Below are positions 54,001 through 64,000 of a stretch of DNA of 64,000 nt, one piece after another. This stretch comes from Macrostomum hystrix (taxonomy: Eukaryota > Animalia > Platyhelminthes). Positions within the stretch are counted from its first letter, which is position 1. Every line of letters starts with the position of its first letter. Position numbers and translations under genes: made by a program. Under the pieces are notes generated by a model. It was given only the letters and a program-made list of their open reading frames with translations. It had not been told where the DNA came from and searched no databases. The stretch lies in the NCBI GenBank assembly GCA_950097015.1, contig CATNEN010000034.1, forward strand, positions 2,666,001-2,730,000, given 5' to 3'.

Positions 54001-57000
54001 GACATGTTAGATAGCAGCTAGGCATGTTAGACAGCAGCTAGGTATGTTAGACAGCAGCTAGGCATGTTAGACAGAAGCTAGACATGTTAGACAGCAGCTA
54101 GACATGTTAGACAGCAGCTAGGTATGTTACACAGAAGCTAGGTATGTTAGACAGCAGATAGGTATGTTAGACAGCAGCTAGGTATGTTAGATAGCAGCTA
54201 GGTATGTTAGACAGCTGCTAGGTATGTTAGACAGCAGCTAGGTATGTTAGACAGCAGCTAGGTATGTTAGACAGCAGCTAGGTATGTTAGACAGCTGCTA
54301 GGTATGTTAGATAGCAGCTAGGTATGTTAGACAGCAGCTAGACATGTTAGACAGCTGCTAGACATGTTAGACAGCTGCTAGGTATGTTAGACAGCTGCTA
54401 GGTATGTTAGACAGCTGCTAGGCATGTTAGACAGCAGCTACACAGCTGCTAGGTATGTTTTACAGCAGCTAGGTATGTTAGACAGCAGCTAGGCATGTTA
54501 GACAGCAGCTAGGTATGTTAGACAGCAGCTAGGTATGTTAGACAGCAGCTAGACATGTTAGACAAAAGCTAGACATGTTAGACAGCAGCTAGACATGTCA
54601 GACAGCAGCTAGATATGTTAGACAGCTTGTGATATGCTAAACGGGAACCTCATATGTTAGGCAGATGAGTTTTAACGGCTCACTTGAAACCCTCTGAGCA
54701 GGCTACAATCGACTCCGGCGGACCAGCAAACGTCATCGAGACCAACTTGGCCTGGGGCAGGTTTAACACCTTCAACTGGAGCCCGGATCCGCGAGTCCGA
54801 CTCACCGTCTGGAGCAGCAGCATCGGCATCATGTTCACCTGGATTCCGTGCTACGGGCCTAATCAGGCTGCGTTTCAGCGATTTGCCTCTTTGCCGACGT
54901 TGGCTAAGGCAAAGTGGTGAGCGGATCTGGTTTAAAGCCATTCACAGTAGAAAGAACGCATCATTTTTCCACTGGGAAAAACCGCGGGGGTATTTCAAAT
55001 GCCCACTGCCTACTTTACGATAGCTCCCAAACCCAATGTCCACTTGTGAAAGTCCACAATGTGTAACAAAATTTTCCACCCATCACGATGAACCAACTTT
55101 CAAAGCCGTCCGACGTCAGCACCGTCGAGATATTCAGCGATTGTTGTCGAAGACGCTGGTAACAAGGACAGCTAACAATGCGCTCTGTATAAAACTCAAT
55201 GACGAATCAGTATTAATATTGGTTCAAATATATAATAAGTAAATTTGTAACCGATTAAATCATAATATACAATAATAGCCGACTTGGCTACATGACGAAC
55301 TTTTGAGAACAGAAGTATGCCTATATTCGTAGGTTTTGCCACCAGACCCTCGACGATGCGGATGATTTGTGATTCTGTAAGTTGTTTCATCGGATAGAGC
55401 CCATGTTCTGGATTTTCATGGCGATAGGTTGAATATTTTAGCCCGTGTTCTGGATTTTCATGGCGATTGGTTGAATATTTTAGCCCGTGTTCTGGATTTT
55501 CCTGGCGATTGGTTGAATATTTTAGCCCGTGTTCTGGATTTTCCTGGCGATTGGTTGAATATTTTAGGCCGTGTTCTGGATTTTCCTGGCGATTGGTTGA
55601 ATATTTTAGCCCGTGTTCTGGATTCTCCTGGCGATTGGTTGAATATTTTAGCCCGTGTTCTGGATTCTCCTGGCGATTGGTTGAATATTTTAGCCCGTGT
55701 TCTGGATTTTCCTGGCGATTGGTTGAATATTTTAGGCCGTGTTCTAGATTCTCCTGGCGATTGGTTGAATATTTTAGCCCGTGTTCTGGATTTTCATGGC
55801 GATTGGTTGAATATTTTAGCCCGTGTTCTGGATTTTCATGGCGATTGGTTGAATATTTTAGCCCGTGTTCTGGATTCTCCTGGCGATTGGTTGAATAATT
55901 TAGCCTGTGTTCTGGATTTTCATGGCGATTGGTTGAATATTTTAGCCCGTGTTCTGGATTCTCCTGGCGATTGGTTGAATATTTTAGCCCGTGTTCTGGA
56001 TTTTCATGGCGATTGGTTGAATATTTTAGCCTGTGTTCTGGATTTTCCTGGCGATTGGTTGAATATTTTAGCCCGTGTTCTGGATTTTCATGGCGATTGG
56101 TTGAATATTTTAGCCCGTGTTCTGGATTCTCCTGGCGATTGGTTGAATATTTTAGCCCGTGTTCTGGATTTTCAGGCGATTGGTTGAATATTTTAGGCCG
56201 TGTTCTGGATTTTCCTGGCGATTGGTTGAATATTTTAGCCCGTGTTCTGGATTTTCCTGGCGATTGGTTGAATATTTTAGCCCGTGTTCTGGATTTTCCT
56301 GGCGATTGGTTGAATATTTTAGCCCGTGTTCTGGATTTTCCTGCCGATTGGTTGAATATTTTAGGCCGTGTTCTGGATTCTCCTGGCGATTGGTTGAATA
56401 ATTTAGCCTGTGTTCTGGATTTTCATGGCGATTGGTTGAATATTTTAGCCTGTGTTCTGGATTTTCCTGGCGATTGGTTGAATATTTTAGCCTGTGTTCT
56501 GGATTTTCATGGCGATTGGTTGAATATTTTAGCCCGTGTTCTGGATTCTCCTGGCGATTGGTTGAATATTTTAGCCCGTGTTCTGGATTTTCAGGCGATT
56601 GGTTGAATATTTTAGGCCGTGTTCTGGATTTTCCTGGCGATTGGTTGAATATTTTAGCCCGTGTTCTGGATTTTCCTGGCGATTGGTTGAATATTTTAGC
56701 CCGTGTTCTGGATTTTCCTGGCGATTGGTTGAATATTTTAGCCCGTGTTCTGGATTTTCCTGGCGATTGGTTGAATATTTTAGCCCGTGTTCTGGATTTT
56801 CATGGCGATTGGTTGAATATTTTAGCCCGTGTTCTGGATTCTCCTGGCGATTGGTTGAATATTTTAGCCCGTGTTCTGGATTTTCCTGGCGATTGGTTGA
56901 ATATTTTAGCCCGTGTTCTGGATTTTCCTGGCGATTGGTTGAATATTTTAGCCCGTGTTCTGGATTTTCCTGGCGATTGGTTGAATATTTTAGGCCGTGT

Positions 57001-60000
57001 TCTGGATTTTCCTGGCGATTGTTTGAATATTTTAGCCCGTGTTCTGGATTTTCCTGGCGATTGGTTGAATATTTTAGCCCGTGTTCTGGATTTTCCTGGC
57101 GATTGGTTGAATATTTTAGCCCGTGTTCTGGATTTTCATGGCGATTGGTTGAATATTTTAGCCCGTGTTCTGGATTCTCCTGGCGATTGGTTGAATATTT
57201 TAGCCCGTGTTCTGGATTTTCCTGGCGATTGGTTGAATATTTTAGCCCGTGTTCTGGATTTTCCTGGCGATTGGTTGAATATTTTAGCCCGTGTTCTGGA
57301 TTTTCCTGGCGATTGGTTGAATATTTTAGGCCGTGTTCTGGATTTTCCTGGCGATTGGTTGAATATTTTAGCCCGTGTTCTGGATTCTCCTGGCGATTGG
57401 TTGAATATTTTAGCATGATGGGTGAGTTAGTAAGAGTCAGGTATGTTTAGAGCGAAGTTATCTGATAGGATGAGACTATTGAGTCAAGTAACGCGAGGCA
57501 GTCACGGTACGTTGAATACGTTATGATAGGTCGATCCTGTTGAATCTGCTGGGCATCTACCTGTTGTTCAGCCTTCTCTCCATTACTGGCTACGCTCTGT
57601 TCGCATTCTACACTCGGCGCGGCTGCGATCCATTGTCCGATGGCGCGATTCGATCGCTCAACCAGGTAAGCTGGCATGATGCCCCGGGCACGGGCACGCC
57701 TACTAATACTTGTCGTGTCGTGCTATTGGTCACCCCTAAAAGGGCCGTTTTAGTGAAAAAATAAACTGCTGTCTTTTCTATTATACGCTACTGTGAGTAG
57801 GCTGATGTGCACGCGCTATTCTTGCGCCTAATTGGCTGGGCTGCTCGTTGCTTTTAATATCGATCGTAGGGTTTTTAAAGGTTTCACAAAAGATAAAAAA
57901 AGGCTAATGTGGTCTCTCTCCTCGGAATCGAGCGTTAGACCGCTCTGCCACTCACCCCCATCAGCTTTGATTTTTATTCTCCCTTTAATTTTTCTATTTT
58001 ACTTAGATTTCGCATGTTCTTTCCTTGTAACTCTTCTTTTTTAGATATTTTAAAGTAAACGTGTTTGTCGTTTTGGTGTGAGCAGTAAATAATATTAACG
58101 ATGATGACTACATTTTAGCTGCTACCGCACTACATCAAGCACGACTTGAACATCCCATCTCTGCCGGGCATCATCATGGCCTGCATTCTCTGCGGAGCTC
58201 TGAGGTTGGTCAGGACGAATTCTAATTGGATGTTTCTCTCAGAACTGTCAAAATGTGTTCGTAATTTGTGTGCAGCTAAAAACTCTGTATAAGCTCACTG
58301 AGCTTATTAGCCCTTGGATAAAGCATACAAAAATAAGAAAGATGTTGAATCAGCTTCAGCAAAAGTTCCCGTTTGCCATCGACGTCACGGCCTCGGTGGC
58401 AGAGCGGTTAACGCGTTCGCCTCTCGCGCCAAGGTCACTAAGTTCGATTCCGCGGCCAGGCCACATTCATTTGTGGCGCAGCCTCGGAGAGAAGGCTTGG
58501 GGGCTTGTCATGCAATTTACTTGAGGGCCAACCTCCAAGGCAGAGTAAAAGTGTGCACTGCCTGACGACGAGAAAATGAGGGCAGATGTAAACACCTGTG
58601 TGAGCGTGTGCCTGCGTACGGTATCTGTGTGCGTGTGTGCTCAGGAGTCAGCGAAATGGCCAGAACTGCCTCCTCACTGGCTGTGGGTGTAGTGTCACTG
58701 CTAGATGTCATTGCTCGTAGCCCTCCTGCAATTATTATTATCATTTATAACTTTAGTTGCCATCGACGTCAATGGTACGTCGGAAAGTCTGCTGACGTCG
58801 GGACGTCGGCTTGCTGTACGAGATTAGTATCCTTAAGAAAAATATACAAAATTCATTCATGCTTCTGTTCAACCAGCTGTAAAATGGATTCTATGGATAT
58901 GGATATGGATGGAATGGATAGAAAGATAATAGAAATGGATAGCATTTTGGGTGGCAGTATTTAAGATTAAAAACGTGCGTAGGCGTGTCTTTAACCGCGT
59001 AGGCGCCATCATTGCATCGTGCTAAAGAACAATTTTATTTAAAAACAACGCAAAGCCAAAATAGAGTGAACCGTCGCAAGCAAACTGCAAAAACACGTTT
59101 GCTGGAGGGTAATGCTGCTGGCATCTGTTTCTTAATAACAACGGGGAAGTGGCAGAGCGGTCTAAACTCATTTGCCTCTCGCACCAAGGTCTCTGCTCGC
59201 TTCCGCCGCGAGGCTAGGCTACATAAATACATGTTCACCTGCATGGAGGCTTGTCGTAAGATTTCTTGCCCCAAGGCACAGTGATAGTGTGCACTGCCCA
59301 CTATATTTGTGTAGCCTCCTTTGTAAGTATCGGCCTGCGCATCAGCCTGCGTTCAGTGCACGTATCTGTGTGAGTCTATCAGCAGGAGTCAGCGGAGTGT
59401 GCGGAATTGCCTCCTCGCTGGCTTCGGGTCTAGTGTCACCAAATGATGTGCCAATGCTCACAGCCATCCATAAATTACAAAAATAAAAGTAATACAAAGT
59501 AAAATTTATCATTGAAAATTTTCCACTGAAACTTTTTTAAATCCGAATCAATGATCCATGACTTTACAAGGTTCAAATCGGTTGAGTGCTTGAGAAGTAT
59601 TCGTTTTGTAGCATACACGGGACACAGCAGCATAGTTCTTAGCAGGATGATTTTGCAAAATACCCTTTGGCCCTTCGGCAATACGCTTCACAATTTCAGT
59701 GTGAAAGTGCAAACTAAACCTACCCATCTCAGGCAGGTGACTTGTCGCTTTACATGAATGTCGCTCACAGCCTAACTGTTTTTTTATAATACTAAATTGC
59801 AGCACAACGAGCACTGTACTCAACTCGCAGGCGGCTGTCACATTGGTGGACTTTGTTCAACCACATTGGAACCTGTCTGATGCCAAGGCGACCATTGTGA
59901 CAAAGTGGTTGGGTGAGAGACTCGAACTCGAGCAGTTCCTAACTTTTCCTTCATTGAGTGCTCCATCAAGATCCCAGTGTTCTGATAAATCTCCCAAGTA

Positions 60001-61735
60001 TTCCAGCACGGCATAAGTGCTCAAGCGAAGCCTGAGTGTTCCAGCAAAGCCTGAGTGTTCCAGCAAAGCCTGAGTGTTCCAGCAAAGCCCTGAGTGTTCC
60101 AGCAAAGCCCTAAGTGATCTAGCTAAGCCCTGAGTGATCTAGCTAAACCCTAAGTGATCTAGCTAAGCCCTAAGTGATCTATCTAAGCCCTAAGTGATCT
60201 ATCTAAGCCCTAAGTGATCTATCTAAGCCCTAAGTGATCTAGCTAAGCCCTGAGTGATCTAGCAAAGCCCTGAGTGATCTAGCTAAGCCCTGAGTGATCT
60301 AGCTAAACCCTGAGTGATCTAGCTAAGCCCTGAGTGATCTATCTAAGCCCTAAGTGATCTAGCTAAGCCCTAAGTGATCTAGCTAAGCCCTGAGTGATCT
60401 AGCTAAGCCCTAAGTGATCTAGCTAAGCCCTGAGTGATCTAGCTAAACCCTGAGTGATCTAGCTAAGCCCTAAGTGATCTAGCTAAGCCCTAAGTGATCT
60501 AGCTAAGCCCTAAGTGATCTAGCTAAGCCGTAAGTGATCTAGCTAAGCCTTGAGTGATCTAGCAAAGCCGTAAGTGATCTAGCTAAGCCCTGAGTGATCT
60601 AGCAAAGCCCTGAGTGATCTAGCTAAGCCCTGAGGGATCTAGCTAAGCCCTAAGTGGTCTAGCTAAGCCCTGAGTGATCTAGCTAAGCCCTAAGTGATCT
60701 AGCTAAGCCCTGAGTGACATAGCTAAGCCCTGAGTGATCTAGCTAAGCCATAAGTGATCTAGCTAAGCCCTAAGTGATCTAGCTAAGCCCTAAGTGATCT
60801 AGCTAAGCCCTGAGTGATCTAGCTAAGCCATAAGTGATCTAGCTAAGCCCTGAGTGATCAAACAAAGCCCTGAGGTTAACAGCAATACCTTGATTGTTTC
60901 TTGAATCCCTAAAACAGTCGTCTTCTACGGCCTTCTGGGCTCCCTTCTGGCCCTGGCCTCGACAAGCATCGCCGGAATTCCGCTGACGCAGATCTCTGGC
61001 TCATTCGTCAGCGCGACAGCTGGAGCAACTCTTGGCGTCTTCCTGCTGGCCTCCTGCGTGCCAAAGAGCACCTGGAAGGGCGCGCTCATCGGCTCCCTCG
61101 CCTCCATGGCCCTCATCGCCTGGCTGTGCCTTGGATCATTCTCATTGCAAGCCGGTCCACCAGCAACGCTGCCGCTGGCCACCGCAAACTGCAGCAGCAT
61201 CAGCAGCAGCAACAACAGCAGCAGCAGCGGTGCTCGAACTATGGCGAATTCGACCACTATCAATGCGAAGACTACGATGATGACAAGAGCGAATGGATTA
61301 ACCTACTTGTACAGTGTGTCATTTCAGTGGTACGGATTGATTGGCTCGCTATCATGCTTTCTAGTCGGCTTGTTGGTCAGTGCGCCCAACCTGCTTGACC
61401 CGACAGCCCAGCTGCCCGACGAAAAATTCATCATGCCGGCGCTGCGCGGAATTCTGGCAAGTGATTTCTTTTTATACCGATGCTCCTAGGAGTACTCCTT
61501 GTGGTCCTTGCACAAGACCTGATGCAGCATGCTGAAAAGATCTGAAAATATTAATATCTAAGTGGGAAAATGTCTTTATCCTGAAGCGAAGATATTAGCC
61601 CTTTAAAGCCTATGCAAGAGCTCGAAAATTGCAACTTTTCAGTGTGGATACCGAACAGGACAAGAAGTTTACGATGCTCTTCCAATGGCCCCAATCATTA
61701 ACGAAGATGAGAAGAATTTCGAGAATGAAGAATGA
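51038..61735 (+). CDS. SLC5 sodium:solute symporter, paralog B, ~590 aa
   Basis: 12 exons; exons 1-10 identical in length to paralog A: 51038-51227, 52239-52372, 52876-52944, 53328-53379, 53507-53574, 53642-53722, 54702-54916, 57530-57665, 58119-58204, 59803-59912, then 60918-61456 and 61643-61735 (1773 nt). Last intron is GC-AG. Confidence 0.92.
51300..52215. repeat. 16-bp C/T-rich minisatellite
   Basis: tctcccctgtctcaca. Confidence 0.94.
52440..52835. repeat. 25-bp minisatellite containing CCAAT
   Basis: ccaattagattgtccggcaatccaa. Confidence 0.93.
52996..53266. mobile_element. hAT-type MITE (271 bp)
   Basis: Perfect 15-bp TIR cagtggcggcgcagg / cctgcgccgccactg; exact 8-bp TSD attataag (52988-52995 and 53267-53274); subterminal gggggtgaccaccc repeats; non-coding. 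Confidence 0.93.
53810..54625 (+). repeat. 20-bp minisatellite (~40 copies)
   Basis: ggtatgttagacagcagcta. Confidence 0.96.
55405..57412 (+). repeat. 42-bp minisatellite (~48 copies)
   Basis: cgtgttctggattttcctggcgattggttgaatattttagcc. Confidence 0.97.
58387..58746 (+). mobile_element. tRNA-derived SINE, family A (full length)
   Basis: A box ggtggcagagcggtt, B box gttcgattcc, family body, (ATT)n tail. Confidence 0.88.
59143..59475 (+). mobile_element. SINE family A, degenerate
   Basis: gtggcagagcggtctaa..tttgcctctcgcacc..aggagtcagcgg..aattgcctcctcgctggct..gtctagtgtcaccaaatg. Confidence 0.75.
60030..60870. repeat. 20-bp minisatellite (~42 copies)
   Basis: ccctgagtgatctagctaag. Confidence 0.96.
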
Positions 61736-62813
61736 GCGACACATGGCAATCTTTAAGCACCTAGCTGATTTATTCACAAAAATCGAACACTCATATTTCA
61801 TTTCCAAACAGACTACTATTGCTTTACTTTTTAATCGGAAAAATGCAAAATAAATTTTTTTTCTTCGTCTAAATGCATTACAATGTATTGTAATTTAGAG
61901 CTATAGGCAAAATGAATATAATGAATACATTTACGATATGTTCATTGTATGCGATGCAGTGATTATTAAACTTTGTGTACCCAGGGACTACTAAATACTC
62001 CAGAGTAATTTACCCCACTCGGATTAAAAGTTCTAGTGGCCTCTAGCGTGCCGCTTGACCCTTAGCGGCATCATAAACGCAACTTAAATGACATTGATTT
62101 GGCATTTTTCTGTTGATTTACTACTCTATTGGGTAAAAAAGTATGGCATTGAAGATAGAAATGATATGTCGGGTGGCTGTCGGAATTGCAGCGTTTGTCA
62201 ACTAGTCGCATAAACTGTCGATTGAAAAACGGGTAGAAATGTAGACCTAGAGTGTTTTAAAATGTTTATAATTATTTTTTTGATTTTCTTTTATTTGTAT
62301 TACAAAACTGTAGTGCTTTATGTTCCATTGTTAATGATTATATTTATAAAATTATATCAAATAAATCTGTACGTTGTTTACGCCCACGAACTCTTGAATT
62401 GCAATCACACAGACGGACGTAGCTTGAGGAAGGGTCTGTACATGCTTTCACTTGTGCCTTGTACTATGTGCTTTATTATTGTGGGGTTGAGCAGAAATTC
62501 TCTATGTTGCTTAGTTAATTATAGTCCGTGTGGCAATTTCCTTTTCCATCCGCAGGCAATGGAAATAAAAATGCATATGTGCTTTTACTTCTGCATTTTT
62601 CCCGTTCCGATGCAAACATCGGGACCGGGTGTTCTGCACCGCAATAGATTTAGATTTAGATTTAGCATAGTTTTTTTTCTTGATCTTTGTGATTTAGCTG
62701 ACTGAATACTACATATCATAGCACCGCACAACAGCACGAAACTGGGGGAAAGTAATTTTCTTTTTATACTCACACAAATATAGTATTCGTTTCATCCAAA
62801 AAGTAAATACGTA

Positions 62814-63304
62814 CAGCGGCAGAGCCCAGGCTTGGGGCTGACCCGCGGGGGTAACCCCACCACTACTGAAAAAAAAATATGGTCGATGAAGTTCGACACA
62901 ATAAATCCAAAAAATCTTACTTTCTCTAATAGAAATGTAAATAAGCTCATAAGAAAGCGCGAAAATTCTTAACTTTGCATACTGACAAAAATCAATAAAT
63001 TAAGAAAAATTCACGACACAGTAGCGACAAAACCTTGTTATAATGAAACTTCCGCATGTGAGCTCTTCTTCAAAAATTTTCTAAGATTTGTGAATTTCTA
63101 CCTAACTAAGAAATTAAAGAGTCACGGTACGATTATGAGATAAAATTTATAACACCGACCATAGGACTTACAATTTATTTAGGACTATGATGCAGGAACG
63201 CCTCATATGTCTGCAACAACGATACAGGTGTAAATAAACAACAATAGGCCTATTAAGCAGAAGTAGACGTGAACTGTAGGCCTACCTCAGGCTCAGCCCC
63301 ACTG
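62814..63304. mobile_element. Degenerate hAT-like MITE remnant
   Basis: Ends cagcggcagagccc / ggctcagccccactg; subterminal gggggtaaccccaccac..aaaaaaaa resembles the 52996 MITE; no TSD. Confidence 0.35.
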
Positions 63305-63423
63305 CTTTTAACACAGAACAGAAATAGCTAACAAAGCGTGATTACAGCGCATTACATTGCCTACTAGCTGTATTATATACATATATATATATTTATACAA
63401 CCATCGTGCTTGGACAAGTTACA

Positions 63424-63639
63424 ATGGAGACAAAGAAATCCAACGAGGACGTCTTGGCCAAGTTAGAGACTTCAAAAGTTAAAAAGATCTATAAAATTAT
63501 CGTTATTGGTGACTCAAATGTTGGTAAAACGTGCTTGACTTACAGGTTTTGTGAAGGAAAGTTTCCAACTCGAACAGAAGCTACTATTGGTGTTGATTTT
63601 CGTGAGAAAACACTTAATATTGGTTCCCAAGAAATCAAG
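63424..63639 (+). CDS. RAB33: Rab33 small GTPase, first coding exon (gene continues beyond window)
   Basis: [39 protein letters not shown] is the Rab33-specific P-loop/switch I; donor AAG|GTAAGA at 63640. Confidence 0.9.
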
Positions 63640-64000
63640 GTAAGAAAATGCTCATAGATAGCTCAATATTTTAAATACTAATTACATTTTATATTTTACA
63701 TGATTGTCAGGAGATATGACATTTTATAAATATAATGGGCCCTCTGAAAATTTTTTATGATATAGTTGCTACAATGTTGCATTCTGAATTGCAATAGGGT
63801 GGGCCTATTATTTTGACTTTAGAATTCAGTGTATCACAGATAGCTTAAATTTGTGATTCTTATCTCAGTTGCTTGTAGTCTTGTAGATGTATGCTACATT
63901 AGTCCATATAAACTGGTTGAAAAAAATTATAATGGATATGTGTGGAAGAATTATTTAGCTATGAAAAGAAGCCAATTATCAATTGCATTAACAGATTACA

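Noticed and set aside
58387-58460. Functional tRNA genes (also 43395-43465 and 7835-7900)
   Set aside because: A and B boxes are present but the acceptor stem does not close, and the sequence continues into a repeated SINE body.

Overview
Eukaryotic (animal) genomic DNA: AT-rich intergenic/intronic sequence, GC-rich exons, GT-AG spliceosomal introns. About 40% of the window (hand sum ~25 kb) is minisatellite arrays, about 30 of them, each with its own unit. The style suggests a free-living flatworm such as Macrostomum, but that is inference only. Genes reconstructed by hand from splice sites and reading phase: an orphan repeat-motif protein (-), a rhodopsin-class peptide GPCR with an in-frame TAG in TM3 (-), a small orphan single-pass membrane protein (-), Cyclin Y (-, 4 exons), USP8 (-, 8 exons), two tandem 12-exon SLC5 sodium:solute symporters (+), and the first coding exon of Rab33 (+). 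Mobile DNA: two tRNA-derived SINE families, a decayed mariner and an intact hAT-type MITE with an 8-bp TSD. Most long ORFs in the supplied track are repeat artefacts. The most striking pattern is that several intronic arrays are built from splice-site sequence. One intron is entirely a repeat of its own junctions, one carries 16 extra exact copies of its donor, the next carries ~80 acceptor mimics with the same CAG|TAC context as the true acceptor, and another carries AG|GTATGT repeats. In the SLC5 arrays, use of any decoy would frameshift or truncate the protein. Also notable: a candidate poison exon in USP8 holding a 22-nt copy of the catalytic Cys-box, a GC-AG intron, exon-patch gene conversion between the SLC5 paralogs, and a pre-miRNA-like hairpin.
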